A stretch of 36,750 bases of DNA from Candidatus Methanofastidiosia archaeon. GTDB lineage: Archaea > Methanobacteriota_B > Thermococci > Methanofastidiosales > NM3. A program made the position numbers and the translations under genes. Of the stretch, positions 17,791 to 26,811 are shown piece by piece (the first letter of the stretch is position 1; the number at the start of each line of letters is the position of its first letter). The stretch is from positions 1-36,750 of the forward strand of contig JAFGGT010000007.1 of NCBI GenBank assembly GCA_016930445.1, in the 5' to 3' direction. The notes below the pieces were generated by a model, which was not told the origin of the DNA, did no database searches, and saw only the letters and a program-made list of their open reading frames with translations.

Positions 17791-17950
17791 CCTCCTAGGT
17801 TCTCTAGGTGCTTAGGTAACAAATGAGCAATCGTCAATAACTATAAGCGTATACCATCATAGAATTAGCAAGGGTGGTAGTACACGCATTACTCTTTATC
17901 TTTCCTTTAACGATTGTCCGGTTCATAAAGTTCACCAGCTATGCCTAGAG
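17791..17950 (-). promoter_or_regulatory. Structured 5' leader of the paaK operon (candidate attenuator)
   Basis: Nested helices 17944-50/17802-08, 17930-36/17815-20, 17923-26/17823-26, 17907-16/17828-37, 17883-87/17847-51, 17875-79/17852-56; alternative SD hairpin CCUAG-AGAAC-CUAGG. Confidence 0.55.
17834..17926 (-). CDS. 30-aa leader peptide (uORF) ending in YAYSY
   Basis: MNRTIVKGKIKSNACTTTLANSMMVYAYSY*; GGTGA SD 5 nt before ATG; TATA (TTTATATA, 17969-17962) upstream. Confidence 0.6.
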   Translation of the reverse strand: MNRTIVKGKIKSNACTTTLANSMMVYAYSY

Positions 17951-18012
17951 CCATGTCCCATTATATAAATGCTTTGTAAAAATGATGGACAATTTGATAT
18001 ATAAGGATTTAT

Positions 18013-18088
18013 TGGTAGCCGGGCGCGGATTCGAACCGCGGTCGCGGGATCCAGAGTCCTGCAGGATTGTCCCCTACCCTACCCGGCT
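18013..18088 (-). tRNA. tRNA-Gln (anticodon CUG), CCA encoded, no intron
   Basis: AGCCGGG/CCCGGCU acceptor stem with A1-U72, loop CU-CUG-GA, GGUUCGAAUCC T-arm; BRE/TATA CCGAAAGGTTTTTATT at 18132-18117. Confidence 0.97.
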
Positions 18089-18175
18089 AATGGCAGATTT
18101 AAGCATAAAAATGATTAATAAAAACCTTTCGGTATTTTTTCGATTTTAGGCAAAGGTGGCTTAGAGATCACATTA

Positions 18176-18694
18176 TCATTCCAGAAGCAACAACCCGTAG
18201 CTCTTGTACTCCTCATCCTTCCTCTTGACAGGGGTAAGAGGAAAGCCTGAGCTATTGGCAAGCTCGTATACGTCCACGCCCAGCGACTCGAGGGATGGCC
18301 TTCTGCCCATGTCGTTACAAGGGCGTCCATTGATGGCCTTGCAGCTCTTACACAGGTGGCAGGGGCCGGCAGCAATTCCGAAGGCCTTGTGATATCCGTC
18401 AAGGAAGCAGTCCCTCTCGAGCCTTAGAATGATCTTTTGGACCTTCTTCTGGTCATCCAAGGTCTCAAGCCCCCTAAGCTCGATCAGTATGCCCTTCCTG
18501 TACTCACTGAAGAACTCCCTCACCTTATCCAATTCGGGCACGTTCGGCGGGCAAGTGTAATTATTATTGTATATAGGGCAACCAAATTGGCATTTCATCC
18601 TCACCCATTGGTAAACGTTTATCTTCCTGGGATCTATGGTCCTGATATCATAAGCACCATACTCCCTCGCTTTCTCTAAGATATGGCCTATCAT
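18176..18694 (-). CDS. DUF2284 predicted metal-binding protein
   Basis: KCQFGCPIYNNNYTCPP, GPCHLCKSC, RPSLE.LGVDV. Confidence 0.88.
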   Translation of the reverse strand: MIGHILEKAREYGAYDIRTIDPRKINVYQWVRMKCQFGCPIYNNNYTCPPNVPELDKVREFFSEYRKGILIELRGLETLDDQKKVQKIILRLERDCFLDGYHKAFGIAAGPCHLCKSCKAINGRPCNDMGRRPSLESLGVDVYELANSSGFPLTPVKRKDEEYKSYGLLLLE

Positions 18695-18763
18695 TAAAGC
18701 TCACTTCCGGAACATAATCCATATCTGAGAAATATTTAAAAGAGTTTTTATCGTCAGGTCAAT

Positions 18764-19435
18764 ATGGATACTGTCATATTCGATCTCGATGACACCTTGG
18801 CGGATACATGGCATGCAACAAAGAGGGCAAATCGGAAATTGTTTTTTTATTTTCTGAAAAAGAGGCTCTTCAAACTGGTCAGGGCGCTCATCTTCAGGGA
18901 GAATGTGGACTTCATAGCCAATAGCAGTTACATACTGCTGATGGATTCAAATGATATAATCAGAATGTTCATTAAAAATTACTATCCTGACATCCCTGAG
19001 GAGTTCTTGGATGGCGCGGTCATGGAATTCGATAAGGAGTTCTTTAGGAACTTCAAACTGAATGAGGGGGCCTTGGATGTCCTTGATTATCTGAAGGGCC
19101 GTTACAGGCTCTGCCTGGTGACCGATGGCACACTTAGATGGCAGGAGCAGAAGATCGAGCTCCTTGGCATTAATGGGTACTTCGACAAGATAGCTATTGC
19201 CGGCGCCCTGGGCACTTCCAAGCCTGACCCTATGAACTTTATGGAGGTTCTTTCAGGGAGTGAGGACAAGGTGTATGTCATAGGCGACAGGGTCGAGACG
19301 GACATTGCTGGCGGGGCGTCGATCGGCGCCGTCACCATACTTTTCAAGAACGGTTTTTTCAACTATGACCGTGATTGTGGCATAGTGCCGACCTACACCA
19401 TAGAGCATTTGAGCGAGTTGCGCCAATATCTCTGA
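18764..19435 (+). CDS. HAD-superfamily hydrolase (subfamily IA)
   Basis: FDLDDTL, VTDG, KPDP, IGDR..TDI.G. Confidence 0.92.
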   Translation: MDTVIFDLDDTLADTWHATKRANRKLFFYFLKKRLFKLVRALIFRENVDFIANSSYILLMDSNDIIRMFIKNYYPDIPEEFLDGAVMEFDKEFFRNFKLNEGALDVLDYLKGRYRLCLVTDGTLRWQEQKIELLGINGYFDKIAIAGALGTSKPDPMNFMEVLSGSEDKVYVIGDRVETDIAGGASIGAVTILFKNGFFNYDRDCGIVPTYTIEHLSELRQYL

Positions 19436-19502
19436 TCCGAAGCGCCTTTATCGGCAATTGGCTTTTTGAGATAAAAAGGTTTTTTAATGAATCTAATGAA
19501 TC

Positions 19503-19515
19503 GAGTTTAAAACTC
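19503..19515 (+). promoter_or_regulatory. Perfect inverted repeat, candidate operator of nadA
   Basis: GAGTTT-A-AAACTC between the TATA-like TTTTTTAA (about 19480-19487) and the nadA start. Confidence 0.4.
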
Positions 19516-19528
19516 ATATGGCGATCGA

Positions 19529-20437
19529 TTGAATCTTCCTGAAAGGATCAATGAACTCAAAGAAAAGAACGACATGGTGATATTGGCCCACAACTATCAG
19601 TTGCCAGAGGTCCAGGACATAGCCGACTACCTTGGTGACTCGCTGGAGTTGTGCTATCTTGCCCAAGAGCTCGAGGCAGAGACCATAGTCTTTGCGGGAG
19701 TGGCGTTCATGGCTGAATCAGCCCTCATTCTCAACCCCGAAAAGACCGTGCTCGTGCCAGAGCTCGATGCTCATTGCCCCATGGCCAAGATGCTGTCGCC
19801 TAGAGATGTCATCAATGGCAAGCTGCGCTATCCCGATGCGGCCGTAGTTCTATATGGGAACACAACGGCAGGCGCAAAGGCGGAGGCGGATGTAATATGC
19901 ACTTCTGCAAACTCAGTGAGGATAGTCAATTCCCTGGACGAGGAAAAAATACTTTTCGGCCCCGACAAGAATCTGAGGCACTGGACCCAACAGCACACCG
20001 ACAAGGAGCTTCTGCCAGTCCCGGACAATGGCTACTGCTATGTCCACAACTCATTGATAACCCCAGAGGATGTAAAGAGCCTCAGGTCAAGCCATCCCGA
20101 TGCGGAGGTGCTTGTCCATCCGGAATGCCTCCCAGAGGTCCAGGCAATGGCCGAAAGGGTCCTCTCTACAAATGGCATGCTGAGACACGCAATGAGCTCA
20201 TCGTCCGACGAGTTCATAATCGGCACAGAGAAGGAGATGTGCTATAGGCTCCAAAAGGAAATGCCTGAAAAGAGATTCTATGGCTTCGACAAGGCAATAT
20301 GTGATGACATGAAGAAGACGGACCTTGAGAAGCTCTACAGGGTCATGAGGGACAGGAGCAACAAGATGGAGCTACCAAGGGAGATCATTGAGAAGGCCCA
20401 GAGGCCCTTGCAAAGGATGCTGGATCTGAGCCGTTGA
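19529..20437 (+). CDS. nadA: Quinolinate synthase A
   Basis: ILAHNYQ, GDSL, FMAE, CPMA, CTSAN, CYVH, HPEC, CDDMK; three Fe-S cysteines present. Confidence 0.96.
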   Translation: MNLPERINELKEKNDMVILAHNYQLPEVQDIADYLGDSLELCYLAQELEAETIVFAGVAFMAESALILNPEKTVLVPELDAHCPMAKMLSPRDVINGKLRYPDAAVVLYGNTTAGAKAEADVICTSANSVRIVNSLDEEKILFGPDKNLRHWTQQHTDKELLPVPDNGYCYVHNSLITPEDVKSLRSSHPDAEVLVHPECLPEVQAMAERVLSTNGMLRHAMSSSSDEFIIGTEKEMCYRLQKEMPEKRFYGFDKAICDDMKKTDLEKLYRVMRDRSNKMELPREIIEKAQRPLQRMLDLSR

Positions 20438-20520
20438 GCGGTTTAATTGCAATATCCTATTTTTCTGGCTAAAAACATTCAAGGAATAAATATAAATAAC
20501 AATAAATCCTCTTAAAAACC

Positions 20521-20919
20521 ATGACAGTATATTCCATTCAAAAAACAGAAGGAGCTACTGTTAAGATTCCGAGCGATGTCCTAGCGACATTGAACGTCAG
20601 GAGCGGAGAATACCTGATTTTTAAAGGCAATAGGGCGAAGAAGGAGATCACAGTAAAACCTCTCATCTCAAGTTGCCTCAAGGCTGCCGAGCTCAAATTA
20701 ATGATACAGAACAAGCCTGGGACCAATGCTAAAGTTGACAAGATCCTCGGAGACCTTGGAATAAACATTGTCTTTGGCCGTGGCGGGCAGGTGGAGGAGG
20801 ACGTATACATATCCGTCAAACTCCTGGACATGTCCAGTGCCGTGGTCGGTGTGAAGGAAGTTCAACGCGAGTTGGAAGCCATTGAAGAGGTTATCGACCT
20901 TATTGTGGAAGAGATTTGA
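20521..20919 (+). CDS. AbrB/SpoVT-like N-domain + ACT domain protein (putative regulator)
   Basis: VKIPSDVLATLNVRSGEYL (AbrB-like); IQNKPG...ILGDLGINI (ACT). Confidence 0.65.
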   Translation: MTVYSIQKTEGATVKIPSDVLATLNVRSGEYLIFKGNRAKKEITVKPLISSCLKAAELKLMIQNKPGTNAKVDKILGDLGINIVFGRGGQVEEDVYISVKLLDMSSAVVGVKEVQRELEAIEEVIDLIVEEI

Positions 20920-20925
20920 AAAGAT

Positions 20926-21546
20926 TCATATAACATCTCTCTTTATCTTTTTTATAAGGTAGTTCTTTTCCCTCTCCTTCTCGTTCAGCCTATCATTTAT
21001 CATCTTTTCAGCTTCAAGCAGTTCAGGTAAGGTCTTCTGCTCGAGGGAATTGACCCTTCTCTTTGTCTTTTCAATCTCTGAGAGGATCTTTTTTATTATG
21101 GTCTCGAACTCTGCCGCAATGATGATCTTTTCCACTACCCTTTCATAGCAAAGCGATGCCTCGTCAATCCTTGATGAGGTGCTTCCAATGCCGTAACCCC
21201 TCTCCGATACCGCGCTTTGCACCTTGGTCTTGGAGATGTGAGGGACCTCTATACCCATGACGTTGGCCTTGGTCAGGGTGAAGCTTGGGCCTTCCTTCCT
21301 CGCGAAGGCGGCAGACTTTATCTTGACTATCCCGTCCGTCGCCTGGGCCATACCTATCTTCTCCCTGGCGAGGGCATATTCGCTATCGAACTCGTTGCGG
21401 GCGTTCTTGGCCTTCTCGATGCTAGAGAGAAGCTCTATTATGAGTGCGTCCCTCTTCTTTTTGAGCAGCCTGTAACCCATCTGGGAGAGATAGATCTTTT
21501 TCTTGACATCCAAGAGGTCTGACCTGGTGGGTTTAATATCCCTTAT
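20926..21546 (-). CDS. atpD: A1A0 ATP synthase subunit D
   Basis: [29 protein letters not shown]; the conserved N-terminus lies upstream of the track's TTG 21513; probable ATA start at 21546 after GGAGG. Confidence 0.93.
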   Translation of the reverse strand: MRDIKPTRSDLLDVKKKIYLSQMGYRLLKKKRDALIIELLSSIEKAKNARNEFDSEYALAREKIGMAQATDGIVKIKSAAFARKEGPSFTLTKANVMGIEVPHISKTKVQSAVSERGYGIGSTSSRIDEASLCYERVVEKIIIAAEFETIIKKILSEIEKTKRRVNSLEQKTLPELLEAEKMINDRLNEKEREKNYLIKKIKRDVI

Positions 21547-22930
21547 GTTCAGTTTCCTCCCTCCGGTAATACCTGTCCAAAATATCCTTCGGTACCCTTG
21601 AGAGATCGTCCTCTGGCACTTTCGAAAGGCATTCCCAACCGATGTCCAGCGTGGTCTCTATCGGCCTGTTCTCGTTCCTGCCCTGTTTCACGAACCTTTT
21701 CTCGAAGGAATCGGCAAAGTCGAGGAATCTCTGGTCCCTCTTCGAGAGGGCGTCCTTTCCCACGATGTTTATAAGCCCGCGGAGCTCGAGGCCCTCAGCG
21801 TAGGCTGAATAGAGCTGGTTGAAAAGGGCCTTATGGTCCTCTCTTGTCTTTCCTTTCCCTATGCCCTGATTCATGAGGCGCGAAAGCGATGGCAGGACAT
21901 CTATTGGGGGATAAATGTTCCTGTTGTGAAGTGACCTGGAGACGAATATCTGTCCTTCAGTGATGTATCCTGTAAGGTCTGGAACCGGGTGGGTCTTGTC
22001 ATCACTGGGCATTGTGAGTATAGGCAGCAGGGTCACGGACCCCTTCTTACCCGATATCATCCCTGCCCTCTCATACAGGGATGCCAGGTCCGTGTACAGG
22101 TATCCCGGGTATCCCCTTCTTCCAGGGACCTCCTCCCTGGCAGCGCCGATCTCAAGCAACGCCTCACAATAATTGGTAATGTCCGTTATTATGGTAAGTA
22201 CGTGATAACCGAGCTCATAAGCCAGATACTCGGCTGCTGTGAGGGCCATCCTCGGTATGATTATCCTCTCGATCGACGGGTCGCTAGCCAGATTCAGGAA
22301 GACGACGCATCGTTCAAGCGCTCCGGTCCTCTCGAACTCGTTGATGAACTGCTTTGCCTCCTCCTGTGTTATGCCTATAGCACAGAAGACCACCGCGAAG
22401 GGCTCATTGCTGTCCCTGACCTTGGCCTGTTTTGTGATCTGAAGGGCCAGTTCATTGTGGGGCAGGCCGGAACCTGAGAATATGGGGAGCTTTTGCCCCC
22501 TGATGAGGGTGTTCATACCATCTATAGTTGATATGCCCGTTTGGATGAAGTCCTTTGGGACGTCGCGCCTGTAGGGGTTGATGACCTCGCCCTGTATCTC
22601 CAGCTTCTCCTCTGGGATGATCTCTATCCCGCCGTCCCTGGGCTTGCCGATGCCTGAAAGGATCCTGCCGAACATGTTGCTCGAGACCGGCATCTTGAGC
22701 GTCTCTCCTGAGAAGTGGACATATGTATGCTTGTCGATCCCCTGCGTGTTCTCGAATACCTGGACAATGACGAAGTCCTTGGAGGTCTCAAGGACCTGTC
22801 CCCTTTTGATTTCCCCAGATGGCAATTTTATCTTGACATATTCCTTGTATCCTACGGATTCCACCTTCTGTACGAAGAGGAGCGGTCCTTCGATCTTGTT
22901 TATCGTCTGGTATTCCTTAATCTTCCTCAC
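21533..22930 (-). CDS. atpB: A1A0 ATP synthase subunit B
   Basis: [40 protein letters not shown]. Confidence 0.97.
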   Translation of the reverse strand: MRKIKEYQTINKIEGPLLFVQKVESVGYKEYVKIKLPSGEIKRGQVLETSKDFVIVQVFENTQGIDKHTYVHFSGETLKMPVSSNMFGRILSGIGKPRDGGIEIIPEEKLEIQGEVINPYRRDVPKDFIQTGISTIDGMNTLIRGQKLPIFSGSGLPHNELALQITKQAKVRDSNEPFAVVFCAIGITQEEAKQFINEFERTGALERCVVFLNLASDPSIERIIIPRMALTAAEYLAYELGYHVLTIITDITNYCEALLEIGAAREEVPGRRGYPGYLYTDLASLYERAGMISGKKGSVTLLPILTMPSDDKTHPVPDLTGYITEGQIFVSRSLHNRNIYPPIDVLPSLSRLMNQGIGKGKTREDHKALFNQLYSAYAEGLELRGLINIVGKDALSKRDQRFLDFADSFEKRFVKQGRNENRPIETTLDIGWECLSKVPEDDLSRVPKDILDRYYRREETEHKGY

Positions 22931-24665
22931 CCCTTAGTAGGCTGTTGAAGTCCTTCACTATCATCTCAGAGATCTTTTCCGTAAATTCCTGATAATCCTT
23001 CTCATATCGGATCTTGCCTATCATCGCCCTACATGGAAGGTCGATGATCCGCTCTACCTTCTTCCCTATCTCTATCGCGGACATGGCCTTCTCAGAAAAG
23101 TCAAGTATGAGCTTCACCATCAGGTGCTGTTTTTCAAGGTTGCAGTACGTGTCGACCTCATGGTATGCATTTTGCTGGAGGAAGTACTCCCTTATCATCC
23201 TTGCCACTTCCATTATCATCTTCTGGTCCTCTGGCAGCGCGTCCGAACCGACCAGTTGGACGATCTCCTCAAGCTCGCTTTCACGGACCAGTATTGACAT
23301 CATCTTTGTCTTGTTCTCCGTCCAGCCGGGGAAGTCCCTTTCCAGAAGGGGTGTCAGCTGCTCCTGATATAGTGAGTAGGATTTCAGCCAGTTGATCGAC
23401 GGGAAGTGTCTCCTGTGGGCCAGCTTGGAGTCAAGGGCCCAGAACACCTTTGTGACCCTCAATGTGTTCTGCGTTACAGGTTCGCTGAAGTCTCCCCCCG
23501 CAGGGGATACTGCTCCTATGATGGTGACCGACCCGTTCTTGCCAGAAAGAGTTTCGACATATCCCGCCCTTTCATAGAAGTCGGCCAGTCTGGAGCCGAG
23601 GTAAGCAGGATATCCTTCCTCGCCTGGAAGCTCCTCGAGCCTGGATGAGATCTCCCTCATGGCCTCTGCCCACCTTGAAGTGGAGTCTGCCATCAGGGCG
23701 ACATTGTACCCCATGTCCCTGAAGTATTCGGCAATCGTAATGCCGGTATATACGGATGCCTCCCTTGCAGCCACGGGCATGTTCGAGGTGTTGGCTATTA
23801 GAACGACCCTTTCTATAAGTGGCGAGTTCGTCTTGGGGTCGATAAGCTCGGGGAATTCCTTCAGCACGCTTGTCATCTCATTGCCCCTCTCTCCGCAGCC
23901 GACATACACAATGACGTCTGCATTCGACCATTTGGCCAACTGGTGCTGGGTTATGGTCTTTCCGCTACCAAAGGGCCCTGGAATGGCCGCTGTGCCCCCC
24001 TTGGCGATCGGGAAAAGCGTATCAAGCACCCTTTGCCCCGTAACCAGTATCTCCTCTGGCCAAAGCTTCTCCTTTATGGGCCTTCTCTTCTTTACCGGCC
24101 ATCTGTGCATTAGCTGTAGATTCTTCTTGCCGTCCAGGACACACACGGTCTCTTCAACAGTGAACTCGCCTTCAATAATCTCAGTTATCGTTCCAGATAC
24201 GTTCGGTGGCACCATGATGCCATGCCTGAAGTTCTTAGTTTCATCGACATAACCAATTATATCGCCAGCAGCGACCTTGTCCCCTACATTTCTCGTGGGA
24301 ACGAAGTGCCATTTCTTGTCCCTTGACAGGCCAGGTATCTCCAAGCCCCTCTTTATGAAGTTGCCTTCCAGCGAGATGACGTCCAAGGGTCTTTGTATGC
24401 CATCATAGATGGAGGTCAGTAGGCCGGGCCCAAGCTCGGCAGAAACTGGCTCCCTGGTGTCATATACGGGTTCATCCGGTCTAAGCAGGTCAGTGTCCTC
24501 ATATACCTGCACGATCGTCTTGTCGGAATCTATCTCTATGATCTCTCCCTTGAGCTTATTTCTGCCTACGAGTACCACATCGTACATCCTGCCATCCAGG
24601 TCCTTCACTACCACAACGGGTCCGGACACCCTGTAGACTTTTGCTCCCTTACTGTGTCCTGTCAT
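22917..24665 (-). CDS. atpA: A1A0 ATP synthase subunit A (no intein)
   Basis: [38 protein letters not shown]; start at ATG 24665 (ATGA overlap) or 24671. Confidence 0.97.
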   Translation of the reverse strand: MTGHSKGAKVYRVSGPVVVVKDLDGRMYDVVLVGRNKLKGEIIEIDSDKTIVQVYEDTDLLRPDEPVYDTREPVSAELGPGLLTSIYDGIQRPLDVISLEGNFIKRGLEIPGLSRDKKWHFVPTRNVGDKVAAGDIIGYVDETKNFRHGIMVPPNVSGTITEIIEGEFTVEETVCVLDGKKNLQLMHRWPVKKRRPIKEKLWPEEILVTGQRVLDTLFPIAKGGTAAIPGPFGSGKTITQHQLAKWSNADVIVYVGCGERGNEMTSVLKEFPELIDPKTNSPLIERVVLIANTSNMPVAAREASVYTGITIAEYFRDMGYNVALMADSTSRWAEAMREISSRLEELPGEEGYPAYLGSRLADFYERAGYVETLSGKNGSVTIIGAVSPAGGDFSEPVTQNTLRVTKVFWALDSKLAHRRHFPSINWLKSYSLYQEQLTPLLERDFPGWTENKTKMMSILVRESELEEIVQLVGSDALPEDQKMIMEVARMIREYFLQQNAYHEVDTYCNLEKQHLMVKLILDFSEKAMSAIEIGKKVERIIDLPCRAMIGKIRYEKDYQEFTEKISEMIVKDFNSLLRGEED

Positions 24666-24964
24666 TTCCATAGGTCAACACCAATGAGTTTGATAATCTG
24701 GTCTTTAATATCTAGGTCCCTTTTCTCTCCAATAGGGAAAACGATGGGCCTGATAGCCTTTTCTATCTTGTTCTTCAATGAAAGAGAGAGCCCCTTAAGG
24801 GCAGCATACGGCAACACTATTATGCCTACCTCAGGATCATTTAGGAGATGTTTCAAATTGTATTCATAGTCTTCACTGGAAAGAGACAATATGCTTCTTT
24901 TTATGCCAGCCAGCTTGAATCCTATTATGAAGCTCTCGTCCCCCAGTACGACTATGTCCATCAC
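24662..24964 (-). CDS. atpF: A1A0 ATP synthase subunit F
   Basis: IVVLGD..F..GFKLAGI, ..IGVDLWK; operon position. Confidence 0.93.
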   Translation of the reverse strand: MMDIVVLGDESFIIGFKLAGIKRSILSLSSEDYEYNLKHLLNDPEVGIIVLPYAALKGLSLSLKNKIEKAIRPIVFPIGEKRDLDIKDQIIKLIGVDLWK

Positions 24965-25944
24965 ACCACCAACATCTTCTCTATCGACCCAAGTTCCAGA
25001 CCCAGCTGCTTTCCTCTCACTATAAGTCTTAGATTGCTTATTTCGCTATTCTTTCTCAGTATGAATCCAAGGGCGGCAAGCGTGGAGAACATGTTAAGGT
25101 GGGAGACCCTTTCCCCAAGCCTTATCAAGTAATTGTCGATCTGCTGCTCAAGGATAGAGATAGGTTCCTTTGGGTCAAGGTCCATTCTGTCGAATAGCTT
25201 GTTTGCGAACCTGATCGATTCCTCATAGTCCATGACCTTGAACTTACCTAGGGATTCCTTGGTAATCTTCTTACCTAAGGGTATGATGTTCTCCTGTATG
25301 ACGCTAAAATCGGCCCCAGACCCCTTTAGCCTCAGCAGTATTTTTAGGTTGTAGATATCTACCTCGTTCAGCAGATATATTGTGAGGCCTTCCTCCCCTA
25401 TGTCGTCTGCCAGGGCTATGCTGTCCATATAGTAGTTCCTATCCAGCTCGTATTCAAGCTTCTTTAGCTCTTCAATTCCCGAAGGTATTATCTTCTTTTC
25501 CTCAAGGTCCCTTTTCGCAGATTCGTAGTCCATTTTTGTAAGGCTAAGAAGATAGGCGAACTTGAGCTTTCCCACAGGAACTATGGCCTCGGCTATCTCT
25601 TCGGATGAGGCTTGCGACTGCAGCCCCCGTAAAATGGATTTGATGTTCTCATTGTCCCATCTCTTCATGTACTGTGTTATGAATCTGTTTATATTGCCTG
25701 AAGAGATGTTGATAAGCTTTTCATACGTCCTTGCCAGGTTCAGGTTCAAGGCATATTCTATCAGGTCGATGCCCTTGAAGTTCTTGGAAAGCTCTGTCAC
25801 ATCCTGATGGTAGTCCCCTTCACTAATGTATCTCGTTATCTCTGGCAGCTCCATTAGCATCATCTTCTCGTATGTCAGCTTAGGAAATATCTTCGCTTTC
25901 ATGGCCGAGATCCTGGCATTGAAGTATGCTGCATTGTCTTCCAT
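24961..25944 (-). CDS. atpC: A1A0 ATP synthase subunit C
   Basis: YFNARI.AM, RWD..NIK.ILRG, EISNLRLIVRGK; operon position. Confidence 0.93.
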   Translation of the reverse strand: MEDNAAYFNARISAMKAKIFPKLTYEKMMLMELPEITRYISEGDYHQDVTELSKNFKGIDLIEYALNLNLARTYEKLINISSGNINRFITQYMKRWDNENIKSILRGLQSQASSEEIAEAIVPVGKLKFAYLLSLTKMDYESAKRDLEEKKIIPSGIEELKKLEYELDRNYYMDSIALADDIGEEGLTIYLLNEVDIYNLKILLRLKGSGADFSVIQENIIPLGKKITKESLGKFKVMDYEESIRFANKLFDRMDLDPKEPISILEQQIDNYLIRLGERVSHLNMFSTLAALGFILRKNSEISNLRLIVRGKQLGLELGSIEKMLVV

Positions 25945-25947
25945 CGA

Positions 25948-26568
25948 TCATTCACCCAGAAGGTTCTTGTATGCCTTTTTCATGGAGTTCTCGAATACCT
26001 CTTCAAGAAGGGAATCATAAGTAAGATTTATTTTCCAGTGCCTATCCTCGGATTCAGCTACAATACCACCGATGCAATCAATGTTTCCGGAATATTCCAG
26101 GTCGGAATATTTCCTGATAGTATCTTCATCCCGCGGATTTGAGTATATATAGAAGGGCCTCTTCGTAGGCACCTCGACCAGGTCATGGTCCACATAAGTT
26201 ATCGAGGATATCGAGAACACTGGGGTTGCCCTCGCGATGTGCAACAGACGCCTTATGAGCCTTTTGTTGGTCTCATCGTCTATTTCGGATACCTTCTCCC
26301 TTACTCTCTCCCAGAGCTTTTTGATAATCTCCCTCTCCATCTCAAGCTTCTTTCTCTTATACTCCATCCTTACCTTCGATAGCCTGATCTCCTTTAATTT
26401 TTCCAAAGTGCTCTCAAGTTCCCTGTTCTTTTGCTCCCTAAGCTTTTCAGCTTCATTCCTTGCGTTCTCAGTGATCCTAAATGCCTCTAGTCTGCCTTCT
26501 TCTAGTATCATATCCACTTCTTTCTTTGTGACTTCATTGATCTGGTCGAGCACTTGATCAAGGGACAT
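25948..26568 (-). CDS. atpE: A1A0 ATP synthase subunit E
   Basis: Coiled-coil N-terminus, IDCIGGIVAES, NLTYD; operon position. Confidence 0.9.
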   Translation of the reverse strand: MSLDQVLDQINEVTKKEVDMILEEGRLEAFRITENARNEAEKLREQKNRELESTLEKLKEIRLSKVRMEYKRKKLEMEREIIKKLWERVREKVSEIDDETNKRLIRRLLHIARATPVFSISSITYVDHDLVEVPTKRPFYIYSNPRDEDTIRKYSDLEYSGNIDCIGGIVAESEDRHWKINLTYDSLLEEVFENSMKKAYKNLLGE

Positions 26569-26572
26569 AATA

Positions 26573-26809
26573 TCACAGTCCAGGAATGACGACGAATAGC
26601 AATATCAGGCCTACAGCCAGCCCAAAAATAACTATGGTCTCCGGTATCACAGTAAGGATCAAGGCCTTACCAAACAATTCCTCTTTTTCTGCGATTGCTC
26701 CAACTGCCGCTGAGCCAATGTGCTTTTCAGCTATGGCCGTGGCGATTCCCGTAAGTCCCACAGCCAATGCGGCCGCCAGAGCTATCAATCCAACGTTTAT
26801 ATCAGCCAA
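26573..26809 (-). CDS. atpK: A1A0 ATP synthase proteolipid subunit K (c), single hairpin
   Basis: GAIAE..ELFGK.LILTVIPETIVIFG; GGAGGTG SD + TTG. Confidence 0.95.
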   Translation of the reverse strand: MADINVGLIALAAALAVGLTGIATAIAEKHIGSAAVGAIAEKEELFGKALILTVIPETIVIFGLAVGLILLFVVIPGL

Positions 26810-26811
26810 CT

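Noticed and set aside
17784-17837. 18-aa N-terminal extension of PaaK as the main start
   Set aside because: ATG 17783 has a strong AGGAGG; the TTG is kept only as a possible reinitiation site
22917-24671. Intein in AtpA
   Set aside because: The length (about 582 aa) is normal and the sequence is continuous after GSGKT
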